Positions 39,653 through 49,365 of a stretch of DNA of 64,000 nucleotides are shown piece by piece. The stretch is from a virus. Location: IMG/VR virus record IMGVR_UViG_3300050821_002279, positions 12,956-76,955 of that record; one strand, written 5' to 3'. The notes beneath the pieces were generated by a model. It made no database searches, was not told where the DNA came from, and worked only from the letters and a program-made list of their open reading frames with translations. Position numbers and translations under genes: made by a program. Numbering within the stretch: position 1 is the first letter of the stretch; each line of letters begins with the position of its first letter.

Positions 39653-39690
39653 AATCCCACAAAGATAAGTGTTAGTTAAATAACTGCTTT

Positions 39691-41106
39691 ATGATATTGA
39701 ACCACATCCTGCGCAGTCCCGCCGCTGTTGAAGGCACAACTGAAGCCAAATCCGCCGAAGACCTGCAACTTGGAATGGGCGAATGGGTCGAAGCCCTGCC
39801 GAATCTCGAAAACGACGGCCCGATTCAACCGAACGAACCACCACCGCCACAGCGAAAAAAGGAATCCGATGGCACAACTACTCCGCAACCTACAGGAGAT
39901 CGAGGCACTGGATTGCCTGGGGCTGCTAAGCCTGCAAGCGAGTCCGCTGGCCAGCCTGCCGATGCCGCTCAAAAGCAGCGATTGGCCGATGAGTCTGCTA
40001 AAGCTGCGGCGGCTGATAAGGCGAAGGCTGAAGCTGAAGCTGCGGCTGCTAAAGCGGCTGAAGAAGCCAAGAAAGCCGAAGAAGCGGCGAAGAAGGTCGA
40101 ACCGGGGCAGGAAAAGTGGCCTCGCAACTCAAGCGACTGGGACAAGTACAAGAAGGTTCACGCCGATAAGGAGGCAAAGCTTCAGGCCGAAATCGACGCC
40201 CGGGAAGCGAAGCTCAAGGACATGGAGACCCAGCTTAAAACCGTTCAAGAAACGGCTGCAAAGGCTGGAGAAGCATCACCGGAAGTCACGTCCAAGCTTC
40301 AACGCCTTGAAAAAGAGAACGAAGAGATGTCAAAACGTCTCCAAGTTCTCGACGTAACGCAGCATCCAAAGTTCCAGGCATACTTCGAAAACAAGGTCGC
40401 CGCGCAAAAAGAGCTTGGCAAGCGCATCGTCGGTGCGGAAAAAGGCCCAGCATTCGAAAAGCTGCTGGCACTCCCCGACTCCGATTACAAAAACCAGCAG
40501 ATCGAGGAATTCGTTTCCGATCTCCCCATTCTCCAGCAATCACGTATAGGGGCTGTCCTGAATGCCTTGGAAGGGATTAACCAAGAGAAGACGGCGGAAA
40601 TCGCCAAAGCCGGGGAACACCGGACGCAGTTAACCGAGGAGCAGAAGGTTAAACAGGCGCAGAACGCAGCGGCGAAGGAGCGCGTCATCAACGAGGTTAC
40701 AGCCCAGATAACTTCTGAAAAGGACGGCATGGCGATATTCCAGAAACGCGCTGATGATGTCGCATGGAATCAGGCCGTGGATGAGCGCATTGCCACCGCC
40801 AAGAAGCTTTTGAGCGGGCAAGGACTCAAACCCGCCGACATTGTGAGAGCCGCCTTCCACGCGACGGCGGTACCCGCGATTCTCCAGGCGTACCAAAACG
40901 ACATGAAGGAGAGCCAGGAAACGATTACTAAGCTCGAAGAGCAGGTGAAAGCTCTCACAGCGGCTCAACCTGGGGCCGGAAAAGGCGGGACGGGAAGCGC
41001 GGCTAATGGGGATACGACTCCGAGAGCGGATCTCAAGGCTGGAATGAATCCGATGGAAGCAACGAACGCATGGACGAAGAATTTGCCGGGATGGGGAGAA
41101 AGTTAA
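39691..41106 (+). CDS. Probable capsid scaffolding protein
   Basis: Ala/Glu/Lys-rich coiled coil with a Pro-rich N-terminus, upstream of the capsid gene. Confidence 0.6.
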   Translation: MILNHILRSPAAVEGTTEAKSAEDLQLGMGEWVEALPNLENDGPIQPNEPPPPQRKKESDGTTTPQPTGDRGTGLPGAAKPASESAGQPADAAQKQRLADESAKAAAADKAKAEAEAAAAKAAEEAKKAEEAAKKVEPGQEKWPRNSSDWDKYKKVHADKEAKLQAEIDAREAKLKDMETQLKTVQETAAKAGEASPEVTSKLQRLEKENEEMSKRLQVLDVTQHPKFQAYFENKVAAQKELGKRIVGAEKGPAFEKLLALPDSDYKNQQIEEFVSDLPILQQSRIGAVLNALEGINQEKTAEIAKAGEHRTQLTEEQKVKQAQNAAAKERVINEVTAQITSEKDGMAIFQKRADDVAWNQAVDERIATAKKLLSGQGLKPADIVRAAFHATAVPAILQAYQNDMKESQETITKLEEQVKALTAAQPGAGKGGTGSAANGDTTPRADLKAGMNPMEATNAWTKNLPGWGES

Positions 41107-41128
41107 ACAATCAATCATAGGAAAACAC

Positions 41129-41437
41129 ATGCATTACAAGAATGGTAGGGTAGCGAAAAACGGGGATAAGGTTGTTATCGTTACGACCGGACAAAGCGGC
41201 ATCCTTTACAACGCGGTCGCCGGAAACGATTACTGCAATGGCAGGCTGGCGCAGATGAGGAATGATGACCCATGCCCAAATCTCAAGGAATGTCTGCATC
41301 TTGACGATGTTGCGGCGGCGGGAGTGCCCGATTCAACGCAAGCGCAACTTTCAGTTCTGAATACCCAAGGTGAAGCGGCGGCAGTACCGGCAACTACCGA
41401 AACAGTCGCCACTGAAGCGCCTCCCGCAGCAACGTAA
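41129..41437 (+). CDS. Hypothetical protein
   Basis: AGGA RBS; 'MHYKNGR.AKNGD.VV' start; followed by a terminator. Confidence 0.6.
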   Translation: MHYKNGRVAKNGDKVVIVTTGQSGILYNAVAGNDYCNGRLAQMRNDDPCPNLKECLHLDDVAAAGVPDSTQAQLSVLNTQGEAAAVPATTETVATEAPPAAT

Positions 41438-41463
41438 TTTCCCAAGCTCGCCACCGTTCCCAC

Positions 41464-41499
41464 AACTCCCGCTGAAGGACACGGCGGGAGTTTCTGTTT
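41464..41499 (+). terminator. Intrinsic terminator
   Basis: AACTCCCGCTG-loop-CGGCGGGAGTT followed by TCTGTTT. Confidence 0.7.
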
Positions 41500-41525
41500 G
41501 ACAAAATTGTTCTACGTGGTACTTT
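41498..41525 (+). promoter_or_regulatory. Sigma70-like promoter
   Basis: TTGACA-16 nt (ending TGG)-TACTTT. Confidence 0.5.
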
Positions 41526-41636
41526 TGGGGCATTCGAGTAATACCGAATGAATCCAAACCAAAACAATTAGCCCTCGGCAGTGTCCCTTTCCGCACAGGA
41601 TCGGGAGTATTACCACTGTCGGGGGCGATTGGTTTT

Positions 41637-42299
41637 ATGAACGACCTGCCTTATAAAAACGATCTCAATGGTAAAATGTTCGGACAGCTTTACGTCAGGA
41701 AATTCGCTGGAAAAGGCGAGGATGGAATGAGCCTTTGGGAATGCCGATGCTATCGCTGTTTTCGAATCCTTAATGTACGAGCGCAATCGCTGGTTCGTGG
41801 TCAGTCTAAAACGTGCGGCTGTTCAAATATCACTCACGGGCTAACTCGCGGGCCGGTTGGAACGGAAAAGCCTACCGAATACAAATCGTGGATTCATGCG
41901 AAAGGTAGATGTTTCGACCCCGAACATCAGGCATGGAACGATTATGGAGGCAGGGGAATTACAATGTGTGCCGGATGGAAACACGATTACGCTCAATTTT
42001 ACAAAGACCTTGGGCCAAAGCCGGAACGCACATCGTTAGATCGTCTAGATAACAACGGTCACTACTCCTGCGGCCATTGCGAGGAGTGTCTTTCAAAAGG
42101 ATGGAAGGCGAATTGTGCTTGGAGGACGCCTAAAGAGCAATGCCGCAATCGACGCAGCACTACGTTTTACGAGGTCGATGGCAAGCGCCGGTCGCTCGCG
42201 GCATGGGCTGATGAGCTAAACGTTGATATTAAAGTTCTTTGGAAGAGATTGCGGACGCTCAGAATGCCAGCAGCTATCGCGCTTTCTAAAAGGGCTTGA
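41637..42299 (+). CDS. HNH-type homing endonuclease
   Basis: 'DLNGKMFGQLYV...WECRC..C.....L..G.S..CGC', 'YGGRGITMC..W..DY.QFY.DLGPKP...SLDRLDNNGHY'. Confidence 0.85.
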   Translation: MNDLPYKNDLNGKMFGQLYVRKFAGKGEDGMSLWECRCYRCFRILNVRAQSLVRGQSKTCGCSNITHGLTRGPVGTEKPTEYKSWIHAKGRCFDPEHQAWNDYGGRGITMCAGWKHDYAQFYKDLGPKPERTSLDRLDNNGHYSCGHCEECLSKGWKANCAWRTPKEQCRNRRSTTFYEVDGKRRSLAAWADELNVDIKVLWKRLRTLRMPAAIALSKRA

Positions 42300-42597
42300 C
42301 AGGGTTCACAACATAAGATAGTTCTCTTCTCAGATTCGGTGATCGCATCCCGTGGACGCCAGGGGGCCGAAGCGAGACAAGATCGCGTGTCTGTAAGTTG
42401 CCTACGATTGGTTACAAGGCTGGGTGTGGCTAACACCTAACCAAAGGCAGCAGCAACAGAGCGCAGCATCCTGACAAGGTGCATGCCGCCAAAGTCGCCA
42501 TCCCAGGCGACAGTCACCCCCCCCGATAAACGCAAGCGGTATGTAGTGTGCCTGTGTGGGCCACTCGAATCCGTAACAATCTTAAAGACAACAATTT

Positions 42598-44211
42598 ATG
42601 GCATGCACAACCCCCTTCGACGTACTACGGGCGAAGGTTGAAGATTTGGGACCGATAAACTGATGTCGCCGCATTAGCGTAGCGCAAAAGTGCTTATGCG
42701 AGAAAATCTGGAAAATTCGGGGGAACTGCTTTGTGGCAATAGCGCACCCAAAGGACAATCCCGAGCCGAGCCGAGTAATACCGGAAGGTGTAACGACTAT
42801 GCCGCCAATCGAGAGGTTGGTAGCCGCCCCAGAGCCCGATCTACCGGGCATGATATAGTCTGAACCGGCAGGTAACTGCTGGAGCTTGGCAGAAATGACC
42901 AAGCCGCCCCGCAAGAGGTTGTAACACACTTGGTTACTCGTCCGCGCAAGCTGGAAAGATCCGTGGCTTAACCTCATTCCACGGGATAATTACCCCCAAG
43001 GTGCCGGGTACGTCCGTTCGCAGTTCACAATCGGTCGGTCGGAGCCTGCAACTGATGAGGAAACTTGGAATGCTATCGCGGCGATTGATTCCAATGCTAA
43101 TCCCAACGGCGCTTGTAACCTGACCTACAATCAGACGTACGTGGGGCAGGTCGAAGCGCAGTACAAACCCGAGAACTTCGGCCTGATGGGTCCGCTCATC
43201 TGCCAAGACGACCTCGTGATGTATTGGAACTCCAAAGCGTTCTGGGAGCGGTATTTCCAAGCCCTTGAAAAACGCAATCGCAAGTCGATCATCAACCGGA
43301 TCGGCAATGTGTACCGGCAATACTCCAGCAAAGCGGCGGCAAACGCGAGCTTTGCGTTCACTGCTGGCGACTTCACTACCCAGCCCGCGCCATCGTCTCC
43401 TAACGTGACTTCCCTGCAAGGCGGTAACGTTCCGACTTCCGAGCTTACCCAGGAAATGCTGGACAGCACGGCGGTCGAACTCGCTGAAGAGGGTGCGGAC
43501 GAACCCAATTCGAACGGCTGGATCACGCAGGGGCCGGATGGTCCTGTTTATCCCCTGTATATCGGTCAGACGATGAGCCATCGCTTGCTGCTTAACAACA
43601 GCGAGTTGCGCTCTGACTTCAACCAGTCGTTCCAGGGCTGGGGCGACACTAACCCGGTGATTAAACGCCTTGGCGCGTCTCGCATCATCAAGAACTTCCG
43701 GCACGTCATCAACCGCTTCCCGGCGCGTTGGACGATGCAGCAGGTTGACCTTACCGGCGCACAGGGACAGGGCGTTGGATTCGTTTACGGTGCCAATGAC
43801 GGCATCCTGAAGCGTGTTCCGACGTGGCAGATGTCCACAGCGTCCATCAACGCGACCAAGGGGCAGGTTGCCATTGTTAACCCCTCGTGGCGCAATCCGG
43901 CGCTGGCGCAGTACGAAAGCTGCGAAGTGCTCAATCCTTGGGTAATGACTGAGGAAGTCCTGATGCCGATGAACTCGGCTCCCGGGATGAAGCTCAACGC
44001 GCAGAACTACTTCGGCGAATGGCACTTCGTTACCGGCAATGATGCCCTCCTTGGCATCGCAAGCTGCACGGGCGTCCAAGACCCGATGAAGAAGTACGGG
44101 CGACATTTCGCGGAATACCGTCATGCACTCCGTCCTATGTTCCCGTTGTACGGGCGCATGATCATGTTCGTTCGGTGTTCCTCGGCGTTCGATACAGTTA
44201 CCTGCTCGTAA
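42598..44211 (+). CDS. Major capsid protein, two exons (42598-42656 and 42933-44211; 445 aa spliced)
   Basis: Exon 1 MACTTPFDVLRAKVEDLGP+AT joins G+TTA.. to read ...LGPMLLVRASWKDPWLNLIPR..., in frame with ORF 43141..44211. Position after the scaffold, size and downstream terminator fit a capsid gene. Confidence 0.75.
42657..42932 (+). ncRNA. Group I self-splicing intron (276 nt, no internal ORF)
   Basis: P (AAATTCGGGGGAA ~42713), Q (AATCCCGAGC ~42757), R (GTGTAACGACTA ~42788) and S (ATGATATAGTCT ~42850); P7 GACTAT/ATAGTC; 5' exon ends in U with P1 CGAU/GUCG; terminal G; splicing restores the frame. Confidence 0.9.
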
Positions 44212-44272
44212 TTGACAGGCTTACAACATCTTCGGTTAGCGAATGACCGGAGTTTGGTTAGTTGTGTGGTTG

Positions 44273-44305
44273 GGGTGGTTGGTGCAACGACCGGCCACCC
44301 TTTTT
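44273..44305 (+). terminator. Intrinsic terminator after the capsid gene
   Basis: GGGTGGTTGGT-GCAACG-ACCGGCCACCC-TTTTT. Confidence 0.8.
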
Positions 44306-44316
44306 GAAAGGTCACT

Positions 44317-44601
44317 ATGAGCGAAAAAATCGAATTCACGCCGCCTAAAGGTTTCCATGCCCCAGAGAACGTCGAACCCGACAAGGATTTTGATCTGGTC
44401 TGTTCCTTTCGCGCCAAAGAAGGCGGGAAGCTTTGCATGACGAAGCTCGGCGATACCGATTGCCCTGGTTACGGCGACAAAAAGGAAGAGGGCGGCGAAG
44501 AGCGACAAGAGCACAAGCCGGATTACAGCGGTTACGCTCAGGAACTCTCAACCAGCATGGGTGAAGGTGGAGCGCCTAACCCGAACAGTTACAACGGTTA
44601 A
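44317..44601 (+). CDS. Hypothetical acidic protein
   Basis: AAGG RBS; follows the capsid terminator. Confidence 0.55.
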   Translation: MSEKIEFTPPKGFHAPENVEPDKDFDLVCSFRAKEGGKLCMTKLGDTDCPGYGDKKEEGGEERQEHKPDYSGYAQELSTSMGEGGAPNPNSYNG

Positions 44602-44625
44602 ACAATCAACGGAAACAAATCAATT

Positions 44626-44871
44626 ATGCCAAGAGTCATTCACACGGTTAGACACGAGCGTTCCCTGTTCAACAAGATCGGGTTTGCTCAAGCTTACTGG
44701 CTGTCCAGTGGCGGCACAGCCACCACTCCGCGTATTAAGGCTGGGAGAACCGGCTACATTGGCGGTTGGGCAAGCGACGGATCGCGTACCGTAACTGCGG
44801 AGTCAGCAACCAATGTTGCCGTGGTTAAGGTGCCCGGTACCTTCATGGCCCAGAATCGAACTGGCGAATAA
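44626..44871 (+). CDS. Small putative virion protein
   Basis: In the late operon. Confidence 0.5.
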   Translation: MPRVIHTVRHERSLFNKIGFAQAYWLSSGGTATTPRIKAGRTGYIGGWASDGSRTVTAESATNVAVVKVPGTFMAQNRTGE

Positions 44872-44880
44872 GGGCGCTTC

Positions 44881-45093
44881 ATGCCGACTGAAATCTGGTC
44901 GGGCGGAAAGCAGGAGCGTTATGGGAGCGGTGTAGTGCCGAAAACTTCGGATACCCGCCGCATCCTTCTGGTAAAGCGCCTGCGTTCGCTCATCCAGAAT
45001 AAAGGCGCAGTGAGTGCGGATCGTTATCCGATGTCGTCAGATACGCGGCGAGTCTTGTTGTTGAAAATTGACGCCGTTCAAAACGGCATTTGA
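44881..45093 (+). CDS. Small protein with two P-x-x-(S/G)-DTRR-x-LL-x-K repeats
   Basis: PKTSDTRRILLVK and PMSSDTRRVLLLK. Confidence 0.6.
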   Translation: MPTEIWSGGKQERYGSGVVPKTSDTRRILLVKRLRSLIQNKGAVSADRYPMSSDTRRVLLLKIDAVQNGI

Positions 45094-45102
45094 AAGGATA
45101 CA

Positions 45103-45486
45103 ATGCCACCAACAGAGTTCTACGGTAGCGGGACAATTCCCAAAACGGGCGATACGCGCCGGATCTTGCTCTTGAAAGAGCTTCAAGCCACCAACTCTGG
45201 CGGGGGCGGGGGTGGAGGTGGCGGCGGTATCCCCATAGGCAATCCAGGCTCATTCAAAGCGGGCGTCGTCAACCTGGGGAATAATGTTTCATCCGGTACC
45301 GTGACCGGCCTCGCCCTTCCTGGGACTCCGGTTTCCTTCCAACTCACCGTTAAACAGCCAGCAAATGGGCTTGTCCTTGTCGCCAGCACGGTTTCAGGGT
45401 CGGAAACATCAGACGGTTATCAGTTCTCGATGAACGGCCACACCGATAGCGCAAGCTACAAAATGGCGTGGCTCGCAGCCTTTTAA
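45103..45486 (+). CDS. Putative virion protein: DTRR motif, poly-Gly linker and beta domain
   Basis: PKTGDTRRILLLK; C-terminal domain similar to that of 18737..19423. Confidence 0.6.
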   Translation: MPPTEFYGSGTIPKTGDTRRILLLKELQATNSGGGGGGGGGGIPIGNPGSFKAGVVNLGNNVSSGTVTGLALPGTPVSFQLTVKQPANGLVLVASTVSGSETSDGYQFSMNGHTDSASYKMAWLAAF

Positions 45487-45492
45487 ACAACC

Positions 45493-48400
45493 ATGAAAAA
45501 GTTCCTATGGGGTGGATTCCTGACAGGGATCGCCATTCTTTGCATTGCGGCAGTGTCCCATTTCCCGATTGTTAACGGGGTTCTGCAAGGTGATTTGGAC
45601 GCGGGGGGCAATAGCATTACGAATGCGCAAAACCTCGTTGGCAACTTCCATTACGGCGACGGGTCTAATCTTTCGAACGTTACAGCGGGAGTCACAGTGC
45701 AGACCAATGGCGTGCAGCTTGCGACTGGGCAGGGCACGTTAAACATTAACGCGGGCGCAAACGTCACGGTCACGGGAAGCTCTGCTGGTTCGGTTGCCAC
45801 AGTAACTATAGCCTCTACTGGCGCTGGAGGCGGCGGCATTGCCACCGTGCAATCGAACGGGGTTAATCAGGTCACTAGCGCAACGGCTCTTAATTTCTGG
45901 AATACAGGCGACGTTCTTTTCGGGCCTTACACTAACGCGCCAGCGGGAACTGCGGATATTCCGGCCTTCCTGAAAAATACCGGGACGGCGGGAACCTACA
46001 GGAGTGTGACCTTCGATGCGCAAGGGCGAGAGACGAGCGGAAGCAATCCGACAACTTTCGCGGGCTACGGCATCAGTGATACGGCTGCGAATCTCAAGGC
46101 CGCGCTGAGCACTTGGGATGGTAGCTTTTGGACGAACCTCACTGGTCCGAACATTGTGGGCGGGCCGATCACCAATGCCATCAATACGACCGGCAACGGA
46201 ACTTTCGGCGGAAACCTATCGGTGACTGGATGGGAATTCGTGACTGGTGGCGAAACTAATGTGGGGAAACTTTACCTTTCTTCTATCAACATTTCCAACG
46301 CTGGAAGCGCGGCGGCAACGTGGATGCTGGGAGTGACGGCGGCTGGCGATGTCGTCACTAACGCCGTTCCAAGTGGAGGCACGGTGTCGGCTGGTGTGGA
46401 TATCTTGGTGAGCGGCTCGCAAGTCAGTTTGAACACCAACATGACCAATGTGGCCTCGATCACGTTTACCAATGGCGCAGTCATGCAAGGTTCATCCCCG
46501 GGAAGCTCCAACGCCGTCACATGGTCATCGAGCCAAAGCCAGCCAAACGGGTTGACGAATCAGGTTGCGGCAGTGGCCACCAACGGATTCGTTGACCTTG
46601 GAACCAACCATCAATTTCTTTTGGACACTTCTGGCAACGAGACGATTAAGGGGACAATGACCGCGACGAGTTACAACGGGCTCGACACTTCATTGACCAA
46701 TGCATCCGGGGTGACGCTTCCAATAGAACTCTCTCAAAAGGTTGCTACGAACGACAGCCGCACGGTTGCCTTGACTGGGCTATTCAGCGAAACAGCGCTT
46801 TCCACTTTCAGCGGCGGTCTTGTGGATAACTGGCAATTTGATTCTGGGCCATCAACAAACGTCGGCAAAACCTATCTCTCGTCTGTCAATATATCCAACG
46901 CAGGCAGTGCGGCGGCGGTGATGATGCTCGGCGTTACTGCCGCCGGAGATGTGGTTACCAACGGGATCCCCGGAGGCGGGGCCGGCCCAAACCCAACCAA
47001 CAACGATCTGGTTCTGAGCAACAATCTCACGAGCCTGACGATCTACGTCGCAACGAACGGCTCGAGCGGGAATTTCCCCGGCACGCCGCTGGCCCCAGTG
47101 GACGCGGCGACTGCCCAGGCCGCTGCGACCAACGGCAATACGATCATCCTTCTGGATTATAACTATTTCACCGGTCCCTGGCAGTTCACTGGAGCTTGGG
47201 GAACTCCACAGCATCCGACAACGGTTAAATCTCAGCACAAGTGGACGGCTGGAATCGTGAACTCGGTCAATGGTGGAATTCTGATGGTGGCGTCGCCCGT
47301 CATCACCAACTTCGTTTTGGATGGTTTGATCATCAGCAACTCGGCAGTGGACGGCCTCGGCGGCGGCGGACATGACAATACCTTTCGCAACCTCTGGATC
47401 GACCGATCTTCACAGCAGGGAGTCAACCTGACCGAAGTTAACTGCTCAAACAACATCGTGGAGTATTGCCTACTGACTCGCAACGGGACAACTAACGACA
47501 CCACCGGGGCGCACTTCCACAATCTTTACGTGAACGGACGAAATAACACGGTGCGCTTCACCGTGGGGCTCTTCCCAACCAATGGCTGCAATTTCCAGTT
47601 CTTCTCTGGCATCACTGGCGACACGATTACCGGGGACCGGATTTACGGCAACTTCACCTATGGCGCGACCAACAATTACGGCTGCGTAGTGTGGGCGACT
47701 GATGGCGCGGCGGCCACGGCTGGCACGAACACGGTTTATAACAATGACTTCCTTGACTCGATGGGCGTGCGATACGGGGCCATGTATCTCACGAATAACA
47801 TCGTTCTCACCAATACCGTCCAGTCGATAACCGTGGCGATTTCATTGGGCGTTGCGGGTGCGGCTCCGACTATCTTTGGCGACTATCAGCTTGGCACCAT
47901 TGCGATGCCTGCCGGAGTTGCTGGGGCTCATGACGTGGTTTCGTCTTTCGCCAATATCGGATTCGTGAACTTCCCGGCGGGTGTCTTCTGGCTCAATGGC
48001 ACCAATTCGACTGCTTATGGGAAGGGCCTCTCGACAACCTTTCCGACGCAGGACATTTGGGGCAACCAGAAGCAGACCATCACAGACATCGGGGCGGCTC
48101 AGTTCGACACGATTGCGGCGGGCGACACGCGGACCTTCATCCCGATTCAAAACACCGGTGACGACTACTTCACCAAGCCGACGATTTACAACACGATTAA
48201 GATGCCGACGATTTCAGCGATCAGCGGCATCACCGTGACTCCAACGACGAGCGGTGACGGCTCAACAAACTATGGTCTGACGGTGAGTGGTGGAGGTTCG
48301 ACAACCAACGGTTATCTCGCAAACACCAATTTTATCTCTGGGCAACTTTATACCAACACGCTCGGAGGTCCGATCCACGTGAGTGTGAACGTAAACACGC

Positions 48401-49365
48401 ACGTTTCCAATGTGAGCGGTCAGGCGGCTGTAGCTCTGTGGGTATTTGGGAGCACCACTAATGCTGTTGGATACACTAGCTCGACCCTTGGATTTGCTGC
48501 CGACCAAACAAATCTGCTTAGCGGATGGGTGGCAAATGGGCTCGGTTACGTGTTTACAAACATCTTAGCCGGGGCCGGTGACACCGCCACGCTCTTCGGT
48601 GGACAGATCGCAATGCCAAGCGGAACAAACCTCACTGGAGTCCAGGGCATTACTGGCACCGCGAATCAGGTGACAGTAGGCGGGACAGCGGCCAACCCTA
48701 TTCTTTCCACCCCGAGCACTTTTGTAGGGCCGGGAAGCGTGACGGCTACGACAGTGTTCAACGGCACTGCCGGGTCGGGACTAACAAATTTGAACGGTGG
48801 CGCAATTACCGGCGGCGTATGGCGCATCGACATCCCCGGATTTGCACTTAACCCGGCGGATACTGGATCAATGTCTTACGTCACAAACACGCCTGGAGCC
48901 GCCTCTACGTCGATCCAGGGCGCTGGACCGTCCCGTCCTATGTGGCAGGTGACGGCAACGGGAACAAACATTTATGCAGTATTCCCGCTCCCTTACAACT
49001 ACGACAGCACTCCGATCACTGCGGAGGCGTGGTTCGTGGGCGGCACAAACTTCAACACGAAGACAACCAACGTAGTTACCGCCTCAGCGAGCACCTACGG
49101 CTCGGCTCTCGGGACTGCGGTCACGGTCACAAACCGGGTTGACACGGTAGGCGTCTCGACGTTTTGGACTACCAATACGCAGTTGCCTGGGATTGTAATA
49201 GCCAATAGCACCGCCGCTCCTCTCCCCGGCAGGGCTGTGACGGTTCAATTCGCGGTGAATAACACAGCGCCGCAGTTCTCAATTTCAAATACCCTCTACC
49301 TTCACCATGTCTCGATATTTGGAACCGCGACCAACGTCGCCAGGGGCAGCATAACAATGCCGTGA
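45493..49365 (+). CDS. Tail fibre/spike-like protein with a beta-helix domain and a signal-peptide-like N-terminus
   Basis: Tail-fibre repeat 'GTYRSVTFDAQGR.TSGSNPTT.AGYGISD'; central right-handed beta-helix pattern ('IYVATNGS...PGTP.AP', Asn ladders, 'DIGAAQF'). Confidence 0.7.
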   Translation: MKKFLWGGFLTGIAILCIAAVSHFPIVNGVLQGDLDAGGNSITNAQNLVGNFHYGDGSNLSNVTAGVTVQTNGVQLATGQGTLNINAGANVTVTGSSAGSVATVTIASTGAGGGGIATVQSNGVNQVTSATALNFWNTGDVLFGPYTNAPAGTADIPAFLKNTGTAGTYRSVTFDAQGRETSGSNPTTFAGYGISDTAANLKAALSTWDGSFWTNLTGPNIVGGPITNAINTTGNGTFGGNLSVTGWEFVTGGETNVGKLYLSSINISNAGSAAATWMLGVTAAGDVVTNAVPSGGTVSAGVDILVSGSQVSLNTNMTNVASITFTNGAVMQGSSPGSSNAVTWSSSQSQPNGLTNQVAAVATNGFVDLGTNHQFLLDTSGNETIKGTMTATSYNGLDTSLTNASGVTLPIELSQKVATNDSRTVALTGLFSETALSTFSGGLVDNWQFDSGPSTNVGKTYLSSVNISNAGSAAAVMMLGVTAAGDVVTNGIPGGGAGPNPTNNDLVLSNNLTSLTIYVATNGSSGNFPGTPLAPVDAATAQAAATNGNTIILLDYNYFTGPWQFTGAWGTPQHPTTVKSQHKWTAGIVNSVNGGILMVASPVITNFVLDGLIISNSAVDGLGGGGHDNTFRNLWIDRSSQQGVNLTEVNCSNNIVEYCLLTRNGTTNDTTGAHFHNLYVNGRNNTVRFTVGLFPTNGCNFQFFSGITGDTITGDRIYGNFTYGATNNYGCVVWATDGAAATAGTNTVYNNDFLDSMGVRYGAMYLTNNIVLTNTVQSITVAISLGVAGAAPTIFGDYQLGTIAMPAGVAGAHDVVSSFANIGFVNFPAGVFWLNGTNSTAYGKGLSTTFPTQDIWGNQKQTITDIGAAQFDTIAAGDTRTFIPIQNTGDDYFTKPTIYNTIKMPTISAISGITVTPTTSGDGSTNYGLTVSGGGSTTNGYLANTNFISGQLYTNTLGGPIHVSVNVNTHVSNVSGQAAVALWVFGSTTNAVGYTSSTLGFAADQTNLLSGWVANGLGYVFTNILAGAGDTATLFGGQIAMPSGTNLTGVQGITGTANQVTVGGTAANPILSTPSTFVGPGSVTATTVFNGTAGSGLTNLNGGAITGGVWRIDIPGFALNPADTGSMSYVTNTPGAASTSIQGAGPSRPMWQVTATGTNIYAVFPLPYNYDSTPITAEAWFVGGTNFNTKTTNVVTASASTYGSALGTAVTVTNRVDTVGVSTFWTTNTQLPGIVIANSTAAPLPGRAVTVQFAVNNTAPQFSISNTLYLHHVSIFGTATNVARGSITMP

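Noticed and set aside
42934-44124. 396-aa antisense ORF opposite the capsid gene, and similar long shadow ORFs elsewhere
   Set aside because: These are antisense shadows of strongly codon-biased genes with no recognisable motifs.
44248-44285. G/T-rich stretch after the capsid gene as another pentamer array
   Set aside because: It is short, has no stable 5-nt register and largely forms the 5' arm of the terminator.
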